A stretch of 64,000 bases of DNA from Devosia sp. GTDB lineage: Bacteria; Pseudomonadota; Alphaproteobacteria; Rhizobiales; Devosiaceae. Under the pieces are notes generated by a model. It made no database searches, had not been told where the DNA came from, and worked only from the letters and a program-made list of their open reading frames with translations. The DNA lies in assembly GCA_028290665.1 (NCBI GenBank), contig JAQGJK010000026.1, positions 90,861-154,860 of the forward strand, given 5' to 3'. How positions within the stretch are numbered: position 1 is the first letter of the stretch; each line of letters opens with the position of its first letter. Made by a program: the position numbers and the translations under genes. Shown here one piece after another: positions 56,155 through 64,000 of this stretch.

Positions 56155-57699
56155 TTATTCGCTCAGCGGCAGTCCGAGGAAGCGGAGATTGCCGTTGCGC
56201 TCGGCCTTGACCAGCGCCGTGCCCGAGCCACCGGCACGGACGGCGTCAATCGCGGCTTCGAACTCCTCGGCAGTGGCCACCGCCGTGTTGTTCACTTCGA
56301 GGATCACGTCGCCAACGGCCAGGCCCTTGTCGGCCGCAGCACTGTCGGGAACGACGTCCTGGATCAACAGGCCGTCGCCACCCGAATTCGGCACCACGGT
56401 GATGCCGACGCTCGAGGGCTGCGGCGCTGGCGGCGCTTCGGGAGTCGGCGTCGTCGGCTCGTTGCTCTGGGCGACCTGAGCGTCGGTCAGGGTATCGAGC
56501 GTCACGCTGATCTTCTGCTCGGCGCCGTTGCGCCACACAGTCAGTTCAACTGTGCTGCCCGGGGCCTTGCCGGCGATGGTGCGCGACAGGTCGAGGGCGT
56601 TGTCGATCGGATCGCCATCGACGGCGGTGACCACGTCACCGGAGCTGATGCCGGCCTTGTCGGCAGGGCCACCCTCGGACGGTTCGGTCACCAGTGCACC
56701 GCGCGACTGGGCGAGACCGAGGCTCTTTGCGAGGTCGTGATTGACGTCCTGGATAGCGACGCCGAGGAAGCCCCGCGTCACCGTCCCGCTGGCGATCAGT
56801 TGATTGACAATGGTCTTGACCGTCCCGGACGGGATGGCGAAGGCAATGCCGACATTGCCGCCCGACGGTGAGTAGATGGCGGTATTGACGCCAATCACCT
56901 TGCCGTTGAGATCGAAGGCCGGACCACCGGAATTGCCGGTGTTGATGGCGGCGTCGATCTGCAAGAAATCGCCATAGGACGAACCGCCGATATCGCGGCC
57001 ACGGGCCGAAACGATACCGACGGTAACGGTACCACCGAGGCCGAACGGGTTACCAACGGCTACGACCCAGTCACCGACGCGCGCATCGTCGGCGAATTCG
57101 ACGAAGGGCAGATCGGCAGCATCGACCTTGAGCACGGCGAGATCGGTGCGCTCATCGGTGCCGATGACCTTGGCTTCCATCTCGTTGCCGTTGTCGAAAG
57201 TCACGGTCACGCGGGTAGCGTCAGTCACGACGTGGTTGTTGGTGACGATATAGCCGTCAGCCGAGATGACGAAACCCGAGCCGGCGGCGATGTACCGGCG
57301 CGGCTGCTGGCCCTGTCCACCTTGACCGCCCTGTCCCTGCTGACCTGGCTGACCGCCGAACTGGTCACCGAACTGGTCAAAGAACTTCTTCAGCGGATGA
57401 TCGTCCGGCAGGTCCGGGAACTGGAAGTCGAAGTTTTCACCCTGGCCACCCTGGATATTGCTGCCGGGTTCTTCGGCTTCGACCTGGACCGAAACGACGG
57501 CAGGCTTCACCGAATCGACGAGGTCCGCAAAGCTCGGTTGCATGATGGTTGGGGTCGAAATCGCGGCCGCGTTCTGCATCTGGGCATTGGCAGTCTGGCT
57601 GGTGGCGACGAAGGCGGCACCGCCGCCGAGGCCGATGACGATCGCTAGTGCCGAGGCACCAATCCAGCGACGCGTACGGGATAGTAAAGTCGAGCGCAT
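56155..57699 (-). CDS. degP: DegP/DegQ (HtrA) periplasmic serine endoprotease with two PDZ domains
   Basis: Signal peptide. TNNHVV, DLAVLKV, GNSGGPAF catalytic-triad contexts. Gly/Gln-rich linker. Two PDZ-like segments. Confidence 0.9.
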   Translation of the reverse strand: MRSTLLSRTRRWIGASALAIVIGLGGGAAFVATSQTANAQMQNAAAISTPTIMQPSFADLVDSVKPAVVSVQVEAEEPGSNIQGGQGENFDFQFPDLPDDHPLKKFFDQFGDQFGGQPGQQGQGGQGGQGQQPRRYIAAGSGFVISADGYIVTNNHVVTDATRVTVTFDNGNEMEAKVIGTDERTDLAVLKVDAADLPFVEFADDARVGDWVVAVGNPFGLGGTVTVGIVSARGRDIGGSSYGDFLQIDAAINTGNSGGPAFDLNGKVIGVNTAIYSPSGGNVGIAFAIPSGTVKTIVNQLIASGTVTRGFLGVAIQDVNHDLAKSLGLAQSRGALVTEPSEGGPADKAGISSGDVVTAVDGDPIDNALDLSRTIAGKAPGSTVELTVWRNGAEQKISVTLDTLTDAQVAQSNEPTTPTPEAPPAPQPSSVGITVVPNSGGDGLLIQDVVPDSAAADKGLAVGDVILEVNNTAVATAEEFEAAIDAVRAGGSGTALVKAERNGNLRFLGLPLSE

Positions 57700-57823
57700 G
57701 ATGTCTGTTCTCCTTCAAACGGCTCGCAATCGGAGTCGAGCTGTTATCGGACAACGCACCTTTCGGCGAAGTGTCGCCGGCATTACAAGTTGGTAAGTGT
57801 CGCGGCGGGAATGCGGCGGAGCC

Positions 57824-58291
57824 TCACTGCGGCGCGTCGGTCCCGGCTGTCAGCCGTTCGAGTGCGGCGGCTTCCTCAGCACTCAGCTCCCCGGTCGCCA
57901 GACGTCCGCGATTGCGGCGGTTTCCAAGGATCGCCAGCCCGATGCCGATGAGCAGAAAAGCCGGCGCGGCGATCCACAGCATCACGGTGTGGAGAGCGAA
58001 CACCGGGGTCAGCAACACGAACTCGCCATATCGTGCCACGATATAGTCAAGCACCTGCTGGTTGCTGTCGCCGGCAGTCAGGCGCTCGCGAACCAGCACC
58101 CGCAAATCGTGGGCGAGATCGGCGTCGCTCATGTCGATCGACTGGTTCTGGCAAACCAGGCAGCGCAGTTCGCCCGAAATTTCCCGCGCCCGCGCCTCCA
58201 GCACCGGGTCGCCGAGGATTTCCGATGGCGACACGGCAAACGCCGGCAGCGCAATCACCGCCAGCAAGATTACCAGCAGCAGCCGTTTCAT
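57824..58291 (-). CDS. ccmH: Cytochrome c-type biogenesis protein CcmH (CycL)
   Basis: Signal peptide, LRCLVCQNQSIDMSDA (CXXC), C-terminal TM helix. Start overlaps the ccmF stop (ATGA). Confidence 0.85.
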   Translation of the reverse strand: MKRLLLVILLAVIALPAFAVSPSEILGDPVLEARAREISGELRCLVCQNQSIDMSDADLAHDLRVLVRERLTAGDSNQQVLDYIVARYGEFVLLTPVFALHTVMLWIAAPAFLLIGIGLAILGNRRNRGRLATGELSAEEAAALERLTAGTDAPQ

Positions 58292-60270
58292 TCCGCTGCC
58301 TCGGGTTCGGCAGCATGCCTCGCGCGGCGTTGCGGGGCGCCGATGCGGTAACGCCGGTCAGTCAGCGACAGCGCTCCTGCCGCGGCCATGATAATAGCCC
58401 CAAGCCAGATCAGCGTGATGTACGGCTTGAACCACAGCCGCACGATATGCGTGCCATCGGCGGCGCTTTCGCCGAGTTGCACATAGAGTTGCGAGAAACC
58501 GTAGGTCTCGATGCTGGCCTCGGTGGTCTGCATGCTGCTCGCCACATAGGTACGGCGCTCGGCGACAACATCGCGCGTGCCGGCCCGCTGGTCGGTCACG
58601 ATAAAGTGCCCATTTTCAGAGCTGTAATTCGGCCCCGGCGCATCTGCGAATTCCGCGAATTCCACGCTGAAATCGCCGATCGTCGTCGTCTCACCGACCT
58701 GCATGGCGATGATCCGCTCATTTTCCCACGCACTGGTGGCGACGATGCCGAGCACGGTGACGCCAATGCCGAAATGCGCCAGCGCTGTCGAGAACGCCGA
58801 GCGGGGCAAACCCATCAATCGACGGACACTTTCCATTGGCGGGACACGGCCGAGCTTGGCCCGGTCGATCAGTTCGGCAATGGCGCCGAACGCCACCCAA
58901 AAGCCAAGCGCCAGCCCCAGCGGTGCCAGCGAAATCGGCGAGCCGCTGAGCGAGAACAGCGTGATCGCCGCAAGGATCGCCAGGCCGGCGGCAAACGCCA
59001 ACCGCTGTGTGACCGCAACGAGATCGGCGCGCTTCCAGGCAAGGAACGGCCCGAGCGGCATCAGCAGCAGCAGCGGCGTCATCAGGGCGGCGAAAGTCAG
59101 GTTGAAGAACGGCGCGCCGACCGAAATCACCGTGCCGGTCAACGCCTCCAGCAACAGCGGATACAGCGTCCCGATCAGCACCGCGCCCGTTGCGGTGGCG
59201 AGGAACAAATTGTTGAGAATCAGCGCCCCTTCCCGGCTCACCGGTGCAAACAGCCCGCCGGTGCGCAGCGCCGAGGCGCGGATGGCGAACAGGATGAACG
59301 CCCCGCCGATGAAGGCCGCCAGCAGCGACAGAATCACCAAGCCGCGCGTCGGGTCGGAGGCGAATGTGTGGACCGAGGTCAGCACCCCGGAGCGGACGAG
59401 GAAGGTGCCAAGCAGGCTCAGCGAGAAGGTGATGATCGACAGGAACACCGTCCAGATCTTCAGCGCATTGCGCTTTTCCATCACCAGCGCCGAATGCAGC
59501 AGCGCCGTGCCCGCCAGCCATGGCATGAAGCTGGCGTTCTCGACCGGGTCCCAGAACCACCAGCCGCCCCAGCCGAGTTCGTAATAGGCCCAATAGGATC
59601 CCATGGCGATGCCGAGCGTCAGGAAGGTCCAGCTCAGCATGGTCCATGGCCGCACCCAACGCGCCCACGCGGCATCGATGCGGCCCGAAATCAGCGCGGC
59701 GATGGCAAAGGAAAAGCAGATCGAAAACCCGACATAGCCAGCATAGAGCAGCGGCGGATGCACCGCGAGCCCCATGTCCTGCAGGATCGGGTTGAGGTCA
59801 CGTCCCTCGAACGGCGCTGGCGACAGCCGGGCGAACGGGTTCGAGGTAAACAGCGTAAACCCGCCAAACGCCGCGACCAGCAGGCTTTGCGTGGCGATTA
59901 CGAGGCTCAGCAGATCGCGCGGCAAATTGCGGCCGAACAGCGCCACGGCCGCGCCGAACCCGACGAGGATCAGGATCCACAGCACCATCGAGCCTTCGTG
60001 GTTGCCCCACACCGAGGTGATTTTATAGAGTAGCGGCTGCAGCGAATGCGAGTTCTCGAAGGCGAGACTCAGCGAGAAATCCGAGCTGACAAACGCCTGG
60101 ATCAGCGCCGCGAAAGCCCCGGCGACCAGGATGAACTGCAGCACCGCGCCCTGCTGCAGGTAATGCGTGACGCGTTCGCTGCCGCGCCAGAACACATAGC
60201 CAACCACCGCCGAAACCGACGCGATGCCGAAGGCGAGGATGAGGGCAAAATGCCCAAGTTCGATGCTCAC
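58288..60270 (-). CDS. ccmF: Cytochrome c heme lyase subunit CcmF
   Basis: WGGWWFWDPVENASFMPW (WWD motif), polytopic. Start placed at GTG 60270 (VSIELGHFALILAF), which overlaps the ccmE stop as GTGA. ATG 60294 is the alternative. Confidence 0.9.
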   Translation of the reverse strand: MSIELGHFALILAFGIASVSAVVGYVFWRGSERVTHYLQQGAVLQFILVAGAFAALIQAFVSSDFSLSLAFENSHSLQPLLYKITSVWGNHEGSMVLWILILVGFGAAVALFGRNLPRDLLSLVIATQSLLVAAFGGFTLFTSNPFARLSPAPFEGRDLNPILQDMGLAVHPPLLYAGYVGFSICFSFAIAALISGRIDAAWARWVRPWTMLSWTFLTLGIAMGSYWAYYELGWGGWWFWDPVENASFMPWLAGTALLHSALVMEKRNALKIWTVFLSIITFSLSLLGTFLVRSGVLTSVHTFASDPTRGLVILSLLAAFIGGAFILFAIRASALRTGGLFAPVSREGALILNNLFLATATGAVLIGTLYPLLLEALTGTVISVGAPFFNLTFAALMTPLLLLMPLGPFLAWKRADLVAVTQRLAFAAGLAILAAITLFSLSGSPISLAPLGLALGFWVAFGAIAELIDRAKLGRVPPMESVRRLMGLPRSAFSTALAHFGIGVTVLGIVATSAWENERIIAMQVGETTTIGDFSVEFAEFADAPGPNYSSENGHFIVTDQRAGTRDVVAERRTYVASSMQTTEASIETYGFSQLYVQLGESAADGTHIVRLWFKPYITLIWLGAIIMAAAGALSLTDRRYRIGAPQRRARHAAEPEAAE

Positions 60271-60731
60271 GGCCCGCCCCCCTCCGGGCGCCATTCACCG
60301 CGGGCTTTCAGCTCGTCGACGATTTCGCGCGGGATGTATTTCTCGTCATGCTTGGCCAGCACCTTGCTCGCGACGAAACTGCCATCTGCCGCCAGCGCCC
60401 CCTCGGCCACCACCCCCTGCCCCTCGCGGAACAGGTCGGGGACAATTCCGACAAAGGTCGCTGCAACGTCGCTGGCGCCATCGGTGACGACAAAGTGATT
60501 GGTATCACCCTCCCGGGACCAGCTGCCGTCCTTCACCAGCCCACCGACGCGGATCGACTGGCCGGCGACGACGCCTTTTTCGGCGATCTGGCTCGGCGTC
60601 ACGAAAAACACGATCTCGCTCGACAGCGCCACCAGCACCAGCGTCGTCGCCAGCCCGAGGATAACTCCAATGCCAGCGATGATGCCGAGCCGCTTCTGCT
60701 TACGGGTCCAGCTTTTGCGTATTTCGGCCAT
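60267..60731 (-). CDS. ccmE: Cytochrome c maturation heme chaperone CcmE
   Basis: N-terminal anchor, VRVGGLV..., and the heme-binding context VLAKHDEKYIP. Confidence 0.9.
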   Translation of the reverse strand: MAEIRKSWTRKQKRLGIIAGIGVILGLATTLVLVALSSEIVFFVTPSQIAEKGVVAGQSIRVGGLVKDGSWSREGDTNHFVVTDGASDVAATFVGIVPDLFREGQGVVAEGALAADGSFVASKVLAKHDEKYIPREIVDELKARGEWRPEGGGP

Positions 60732-61789
60732 CAGCGCAGTCCCCCGGTCAGGCTGATTGTATCGAGTTCGGCCCGCGTCGCGGCATCTGGATACGCCAGT
60801 TTCGCCGCATCATAGGCACGCTGCGCCTCCGCTGCATCCCCTAGCACCAGCCGCGACCGCACCAATTGCGTCCACTCCTCGATGGTCCCGCCGCTCACGA
60901 ACAACCGCTCCGACAGCCCATCGACCATGCCGCGGATTGCGGTAGCATCGGGCACGGCCGCATCCCCACCGTCGAGTCCGGCCTCGGCCATGCTTAAGCC
61001 GTTGCGCGCCGCCGCGACCCAAGGCTCGTCGTCGGAGGCATCAGCCAACAGCGCTCTCCACTGCGTCACGGCACTGGCAAAATCACCCGACCGCGTTGCT
61101 TCCGCCGCGAGGTAAAACCGCGAGCGAATATGCGTCGGCTCACGTGCCACCGCGCTTTCAAGCAATGCCTGAGGTTCTCCCGCCATCACCCCGGATTGCT
61201 TCAACAACAATGCCTCCGCAAGGTCGGTTTCCCGATCGGCCGTCGGCGGCGCGACTTCGAGTGCATGGCGCAGCACCGCGATGGCATCGTCGACGCGGCC
61301 GCCCTGCAGGTACAGCGTCCCTGCTAGCGCGAGCAGGTCCGGATCGTCGGGCCGAGCAACCAGCTGAGTATCGAGCGTCTGCAGCGCCGTCGCCAGGTCC
61401 ATCGCCGGTTGCTCCGCCGTGCGACCGGCCAGTGGCTGGCTCGGCTGCTCGGGATTGCCGATGAAGCTGTAGGTGCCGAACGCAATAATCGCGACCGCCA
61501 GCACCGCGAACGGCAGCACCGTAGCCTCGCGCTGCCCCACCGGCTTGACCTGCCGCGCCTCGCCCTCCAGCCGCAGCACTTCGCGCGCCAGTTCGGATTT
61601 GGCCGCCAGCGCTTCATTCGGCCCCAGCCGGCCATTGGCCAGATCGGTTTCAATGTCACGTAGTTGCAGCCGGAAATGGCCCTGCACGGCGGTACCGGCA
61701 ATGGCGTTCATAGAACGACCGGCCGAGGCAAAATACAGCGCCGCGCAGACGATCGCCGTGACGACAATGGCAAGTAACCAGAAGACCAT
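60731..61789 (-). CDS. ccmI: Cytochrome c-type biogenesis protein CcmI (CycH), TPR-containing
   Basis: MVFWLLAIVVTAIVCAALYF, a second TM helix, then Ala/Leu-rich TPR-like repeats. It sits directly upstream of ccmE with a 1-nt TGATG overlap. Confidence 0.75.
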   Translation of the reverse strand: MVFWLLAIVVTAIVCAALYFASAGRSMNAIAGTAVQGHFRLQLRDIETDLANGRLGPNEALAAKSELAREVLRLEGEARQVKPVGQREATVLPFAVLAVAIIAFGTYSFIGNPEQPSQPLAGRTAEQPAMDLATALQTLDTQLVARPDDPDLLALAGTLYLQGGRVDDAIAVLRHALEVAPPTADRETDLAEALLLKQSGVMAGEPQALLESAVAREPTHIRSRFYLAAEATRSGDFASAVTQWRALLADASDDEPWVAAARNGLSMAEAGLDGGDAAVPDATAIRGMVDGLSERLFVSGGTIEEWTQLVRSRLVLGDAAEAQRAYDAAKLAYPDAATRAELDTISLTGGLR

Positions 61790-61919
61790 GACGGGGTCGC
61801 AGCCTGCACTCGGACAATGGCTGAACCCTATAGGGGTTTTTGGTGGCGAAAGGGAGGTAAACACCGGCCCGTGTGCTGCGCGCATTGCCGCACGTCGCAG
61901 TTTGATCTAACGGACCTGA

Positions 61920-63014
61920 ATGACAGCGGAATCGGTGGACATCGCCATCTTCGGATCGACCCCGCTGGCGCGCCTGCTGGCGGGCCTGTTGGCATCGACG
62001 CATGGCCGCAAGGTCTGCCTCGTCGCCGAGCCGTTTTCCGCCTACCGGCTGCAACGCGGCATCGATCTCTCCGTCGGTGCCATCACGCGGCCCGAAACCT
62101 GGGCGGTGCTCGCCGAGAGCGCGCCAGAAACCGTCCGGATACTCGGCAAGCTCGGCGCGCGCTCCGGACTCGAACGCGTCGATCCGCTGTTCATCGCCGA
62201 TGAGAAACCAACCGAGGCGGCGTTGTCGCACGTCCAGCAGGTGGCGCTCGGCTTCGGCATCGCCATCGATCGGCCGCGCCTCGACGCGGTCACCCGCAGC
62301 GGCGCGATCTTTCGCTTCGACGATGCGTGGTGCTCGGTTCGGCCCCGACTTGTCCCCGCGCTCGACGAGTGGCTGGCCAAACTCAAACTGCTCCGCCGCA
62401 ACCTCCGCACCACTGCGACGGAGTTCCACACCGATGGCACTGCGACGCTGACCGGCGCATCCGACCGCATCGACGCCCAGCACGTCATCATCGCCGACCC
62501 CGGCGCGGCGCTCGATATCCTGACCCCCGATGCGCTGGCCAAGCGGTTCACCGCTCTGCCGGCGCTCAGCCTGATGACCGAGCCGACGACGGCGCTGCCG
62601 AGCCCGGTGATCACTTACGTCGATCGCGGCGTGACCCTCGCCCGTATCGGTACCCCCGGCATCGCTGCACTCGCAGCCGGCCGGGCCGATGAAGCCGTGG
62701 CACGGATCGGCGCGTCGCTCGTCGGACGCAAACAGGTGCGTCGCTCCGGTCAGGCGGTCTATCGCATGCTGACCCCCCTCGACGGCGCGCCGATGGTCGG
62801 CCTTGTTGGCACCATTCGCGCCATGACCATCGCCGGTTTCGGCGATCCGGCGCTGTTTTTCGCGCCCGCTCTGGCGCGCTACCTCGCCCGGGCCTCGACC
62901 GGTGCCGAGGCCGAATATTTCCAGCGCCGCGGCAGTTCGATGTTGAAGCGCAGCGGCATCGCCGAGTTCGATCGCCTCGCCAGCGTCCGCGTACCCGCCG
63001 AGGCCGTTTCGTGA
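61920..63014 (+). CDS. Hypothetical protein resembling FAD-dependent (DAO-type) oxidoreductases, with a degenerate dinucleotide-binding motif
   Basis: DIAIFGSTPLARLLAGLLASTHGRKVCLVAE has the beta-alpha-beta layout, but GxGxxG reads G-S-T-P-L-A. Translationally coupled (GTGA) to the downstream SoxA-like gene. Confidence 0.5.
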   Translation: MTAESVDIAIFGSTPLARLLAGLLASTHGRKVCLVAEPFSAYRLQRGIDLSVGAITRPETWAVLAESAPETVRILGKLGARSGLERVDPLFIADEKPTEAALSHVQQVALGFGIAIDRPRLDAVTRSGAIFRFDDAWCSVRPRLVPALDEWLAKLKLLRRNLRTTATEFHTDGTATLTGASDRIDAQHVIIADPGAALDILTPDALAKRFTALPALSLMTEPTTALPSPVITYVDRGVTLARIGTPGIAALAAGRADEAVARIGASLVGRKQVRRSGQAVYRMLTPLDGAPMVGLVGTIRAMTIAGFGDPALFFAPALARYLARASTGAEAEYFQRRGSSMLKRSGIAEFDRLASVRVPAEAVS

Positions 63015-64000
63015 CCGAGCACGCCTTTCGCATTGCCGACGGCGCCTCGCGCCACCTCGCTGCCAGCGCCATCGACCGCAGCCGCCCGGTGCGCTTCCGA
63101 CTCAACGGCCACACCGTCACCGGCCTCGCCGGCGACACGGTATTGTCCGCAGCGCTCGCCAGCGGCTTCGACACCGCGGGGCGGCGCAATGGGCACGCGC
63201 TGGCCCTCGACGCGCGCTTTTCGCCGCCGGTGATCGAACGCAGCAGCCGCGGCGATGCGACCAAAGCCCTGCCGATGGATCGGCTGCCGGCGCTCAACGG
63301 GCTCGACCTCACCAGCCTCGGCGTCCGCGATCCCGGACCATCGCGCTACAGCTTTTTCGGCCGGCTTCGCGATCGCCTCAGCGGCCGGGCCCGCAGTCTC
63401 AATCACCTGTTCGACTCCAGCGTCGCACTCGCCGGACCCTGGGCCGACCGCGCCTCCGCCTCCACCATCCCGGCCGATGTGGTCATCGTTGGTGGCGGGC
63501 TCGCCGGCCTGTCGGCCGCGCTGTTCGCCGGTCGCGCCGGGGATCGCGTCGTGCTGGTCGAGCGCGCTCCAATGCTCGGAGGCAGCGCCCGGTTTTTTGG
63601 CTCGGTCGAAGGCGAGGACGCCCCGGAGGTCACCATTGCCCGGATGACGGCCGAACTCGCGACCCTCAGCAACGTCACTATCCTGCTTCGCGCCGAAGCG
63701 CTGGCGGTGTTCGACACCACGGTGCGGGTGCATCAGGTCGAAACCGCTGGCAATGGCATCAGCACCCGCATCGTCGATCTGCGCGGCCGTGCCGTAATCC
63801 TCGCGCAGGGTTCGATCGAACGGCTGCCGCTGTTCCCCGGCAACCGCCTGCCGCGCGTCACCGGGGCGCTCGCCGCGTGGCAACTCGCCGACCGGTTCGG
63901 ACTGTTCGCCGGCCGTTCGGCGGTGGTCAGCACCTCGACCAACGAGGCCTACCGGCTCGGCATGTACGCAAGCGATGCCGGGCTCGCGGTGGCGCGCATC
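63011..64000 (+). CDS. Sarcosine oxidase alpha-subunit-like / opine oxidase A-like flavoprotein, N-terminal part (runs off the window)
   Basis: Hand translation from GTG 63011 is open to 64000: VTEHAFRIADG...VRFRLNGHTVTGLAGDTVLSAALASGF (SoxA-type N-terminal domain), then ADVVIVGGGLAGLSAALFAGRAGDRVVLVERAPMLGG (FAD fold). High GC3. It is not in the ORF track because it has no stop in the window. Confidence 0.65.
   Translation, partial: MTEHAFRIADGASRHLAASAIDRSRPVRFRLNGHTVTGLAGDTVLSAALASGFDTAGRRNGHALALDARFSPPVIERSSRGDATKALPMDRLPALNGLDLTSLGVRDPGPSRYSFFGRLRDRLSGRARSLNHLFDSSVALAGPWADRASASTIPADVVIVGGGLAGLSAALFAGRAGDRVVLVERAPMLGGSARFFGSVEGEDAPEVTIARMTAELATLSNVTILLRAEALAVFDTTVRVHQVETAGNGISTRIVDLRGRAVILAQGSIERLPLFPGNRLPRVTGALAAWQLADRFGLFAGRSAVVSTSTNEAYRLGMYASDAGLAVARI

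Noticed and set aside
58033-60033. A 666-aa plus-strand ORF that is extremely Arg/Gln/Glu-rich.
   Set aside because: It lies exactly antisense to ccmF, which has the diagnostic WWD motif. It is a shadow ORF.
62879-63883. A 334-aa minus-strand ORF and several plus-strand ORFs in other frames (63033-63233, 63255-63647).
   Set aside because: The frame starting at GTG 63011 gives a convincing SoxA-like N-terminus and FAD fold with high GC3. The others are shadows.
1-64000. Search for mobile elements, prophage genes, integrases, tRNA/rRNA genes, CRISPR repeats and toxin-antitoxin or defence-system gene pairs.
   Set aside because: I recognised none. Apart from the cysS block and a few AT-rich intergenic regions the composition is uniform, and the gene content is housekeeping.

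Overview
High-GC chromosomal DNA. Coding lines I hand-counted are about 60-65% G+C. Gene content and synteny look alphaproteobacterial, Hyphomicrobiales/Rhizobiales-like: rpiA-DUF2059-gor; ccmI-ccmE-ccmF-ccmH-degP-two-component pair-glnE; cobT/cobS; DUF2865; an HWE kinase; PleC/DivJ-type kinases. I call about 57 protein-coding genes, including two partial genes at the window edges that the ORF track misses because they have no stop in the window. I also call a few intrinsic terminators and candidate regulatory sites. I saw no rRNA, tRNA, CRISPR array, transposase, integrase or phage genes. I cannot point to a convincing new multi-gene defence or mobile system, so the window reads as core chromosome. 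The items most worth a second look are: (1) an in-frame block of about 0.5 kb of low-GC DNA inside the essential cysS gene, which adds about 95 residues; (2) three tandem ABCB-type exporter paralogues with near-identical NBD DNA, plus a fourth Atm1-like exporter under an ArsR regulator; (3) a giant Pro/Glu/Ala/Val-rich LysM envelope protein whose real start is probably a CTG with a perfect Shine-Dalgarno (SD) sequence; (4) back-to-back GGAAC-N16-AGTT (EcfG-like) promoters between two small stress-type genes; (5) four GANTC sites clustered in the AT-rich leader of a PleC/DivJ-family kinase; (6) TTGC/GTTGCAA-type motifs upstream of both mntH and a large outer-membrane barrel gene. Many long ORFs in the track are antisense shadows typical of high-GC DNA, and I reject them.
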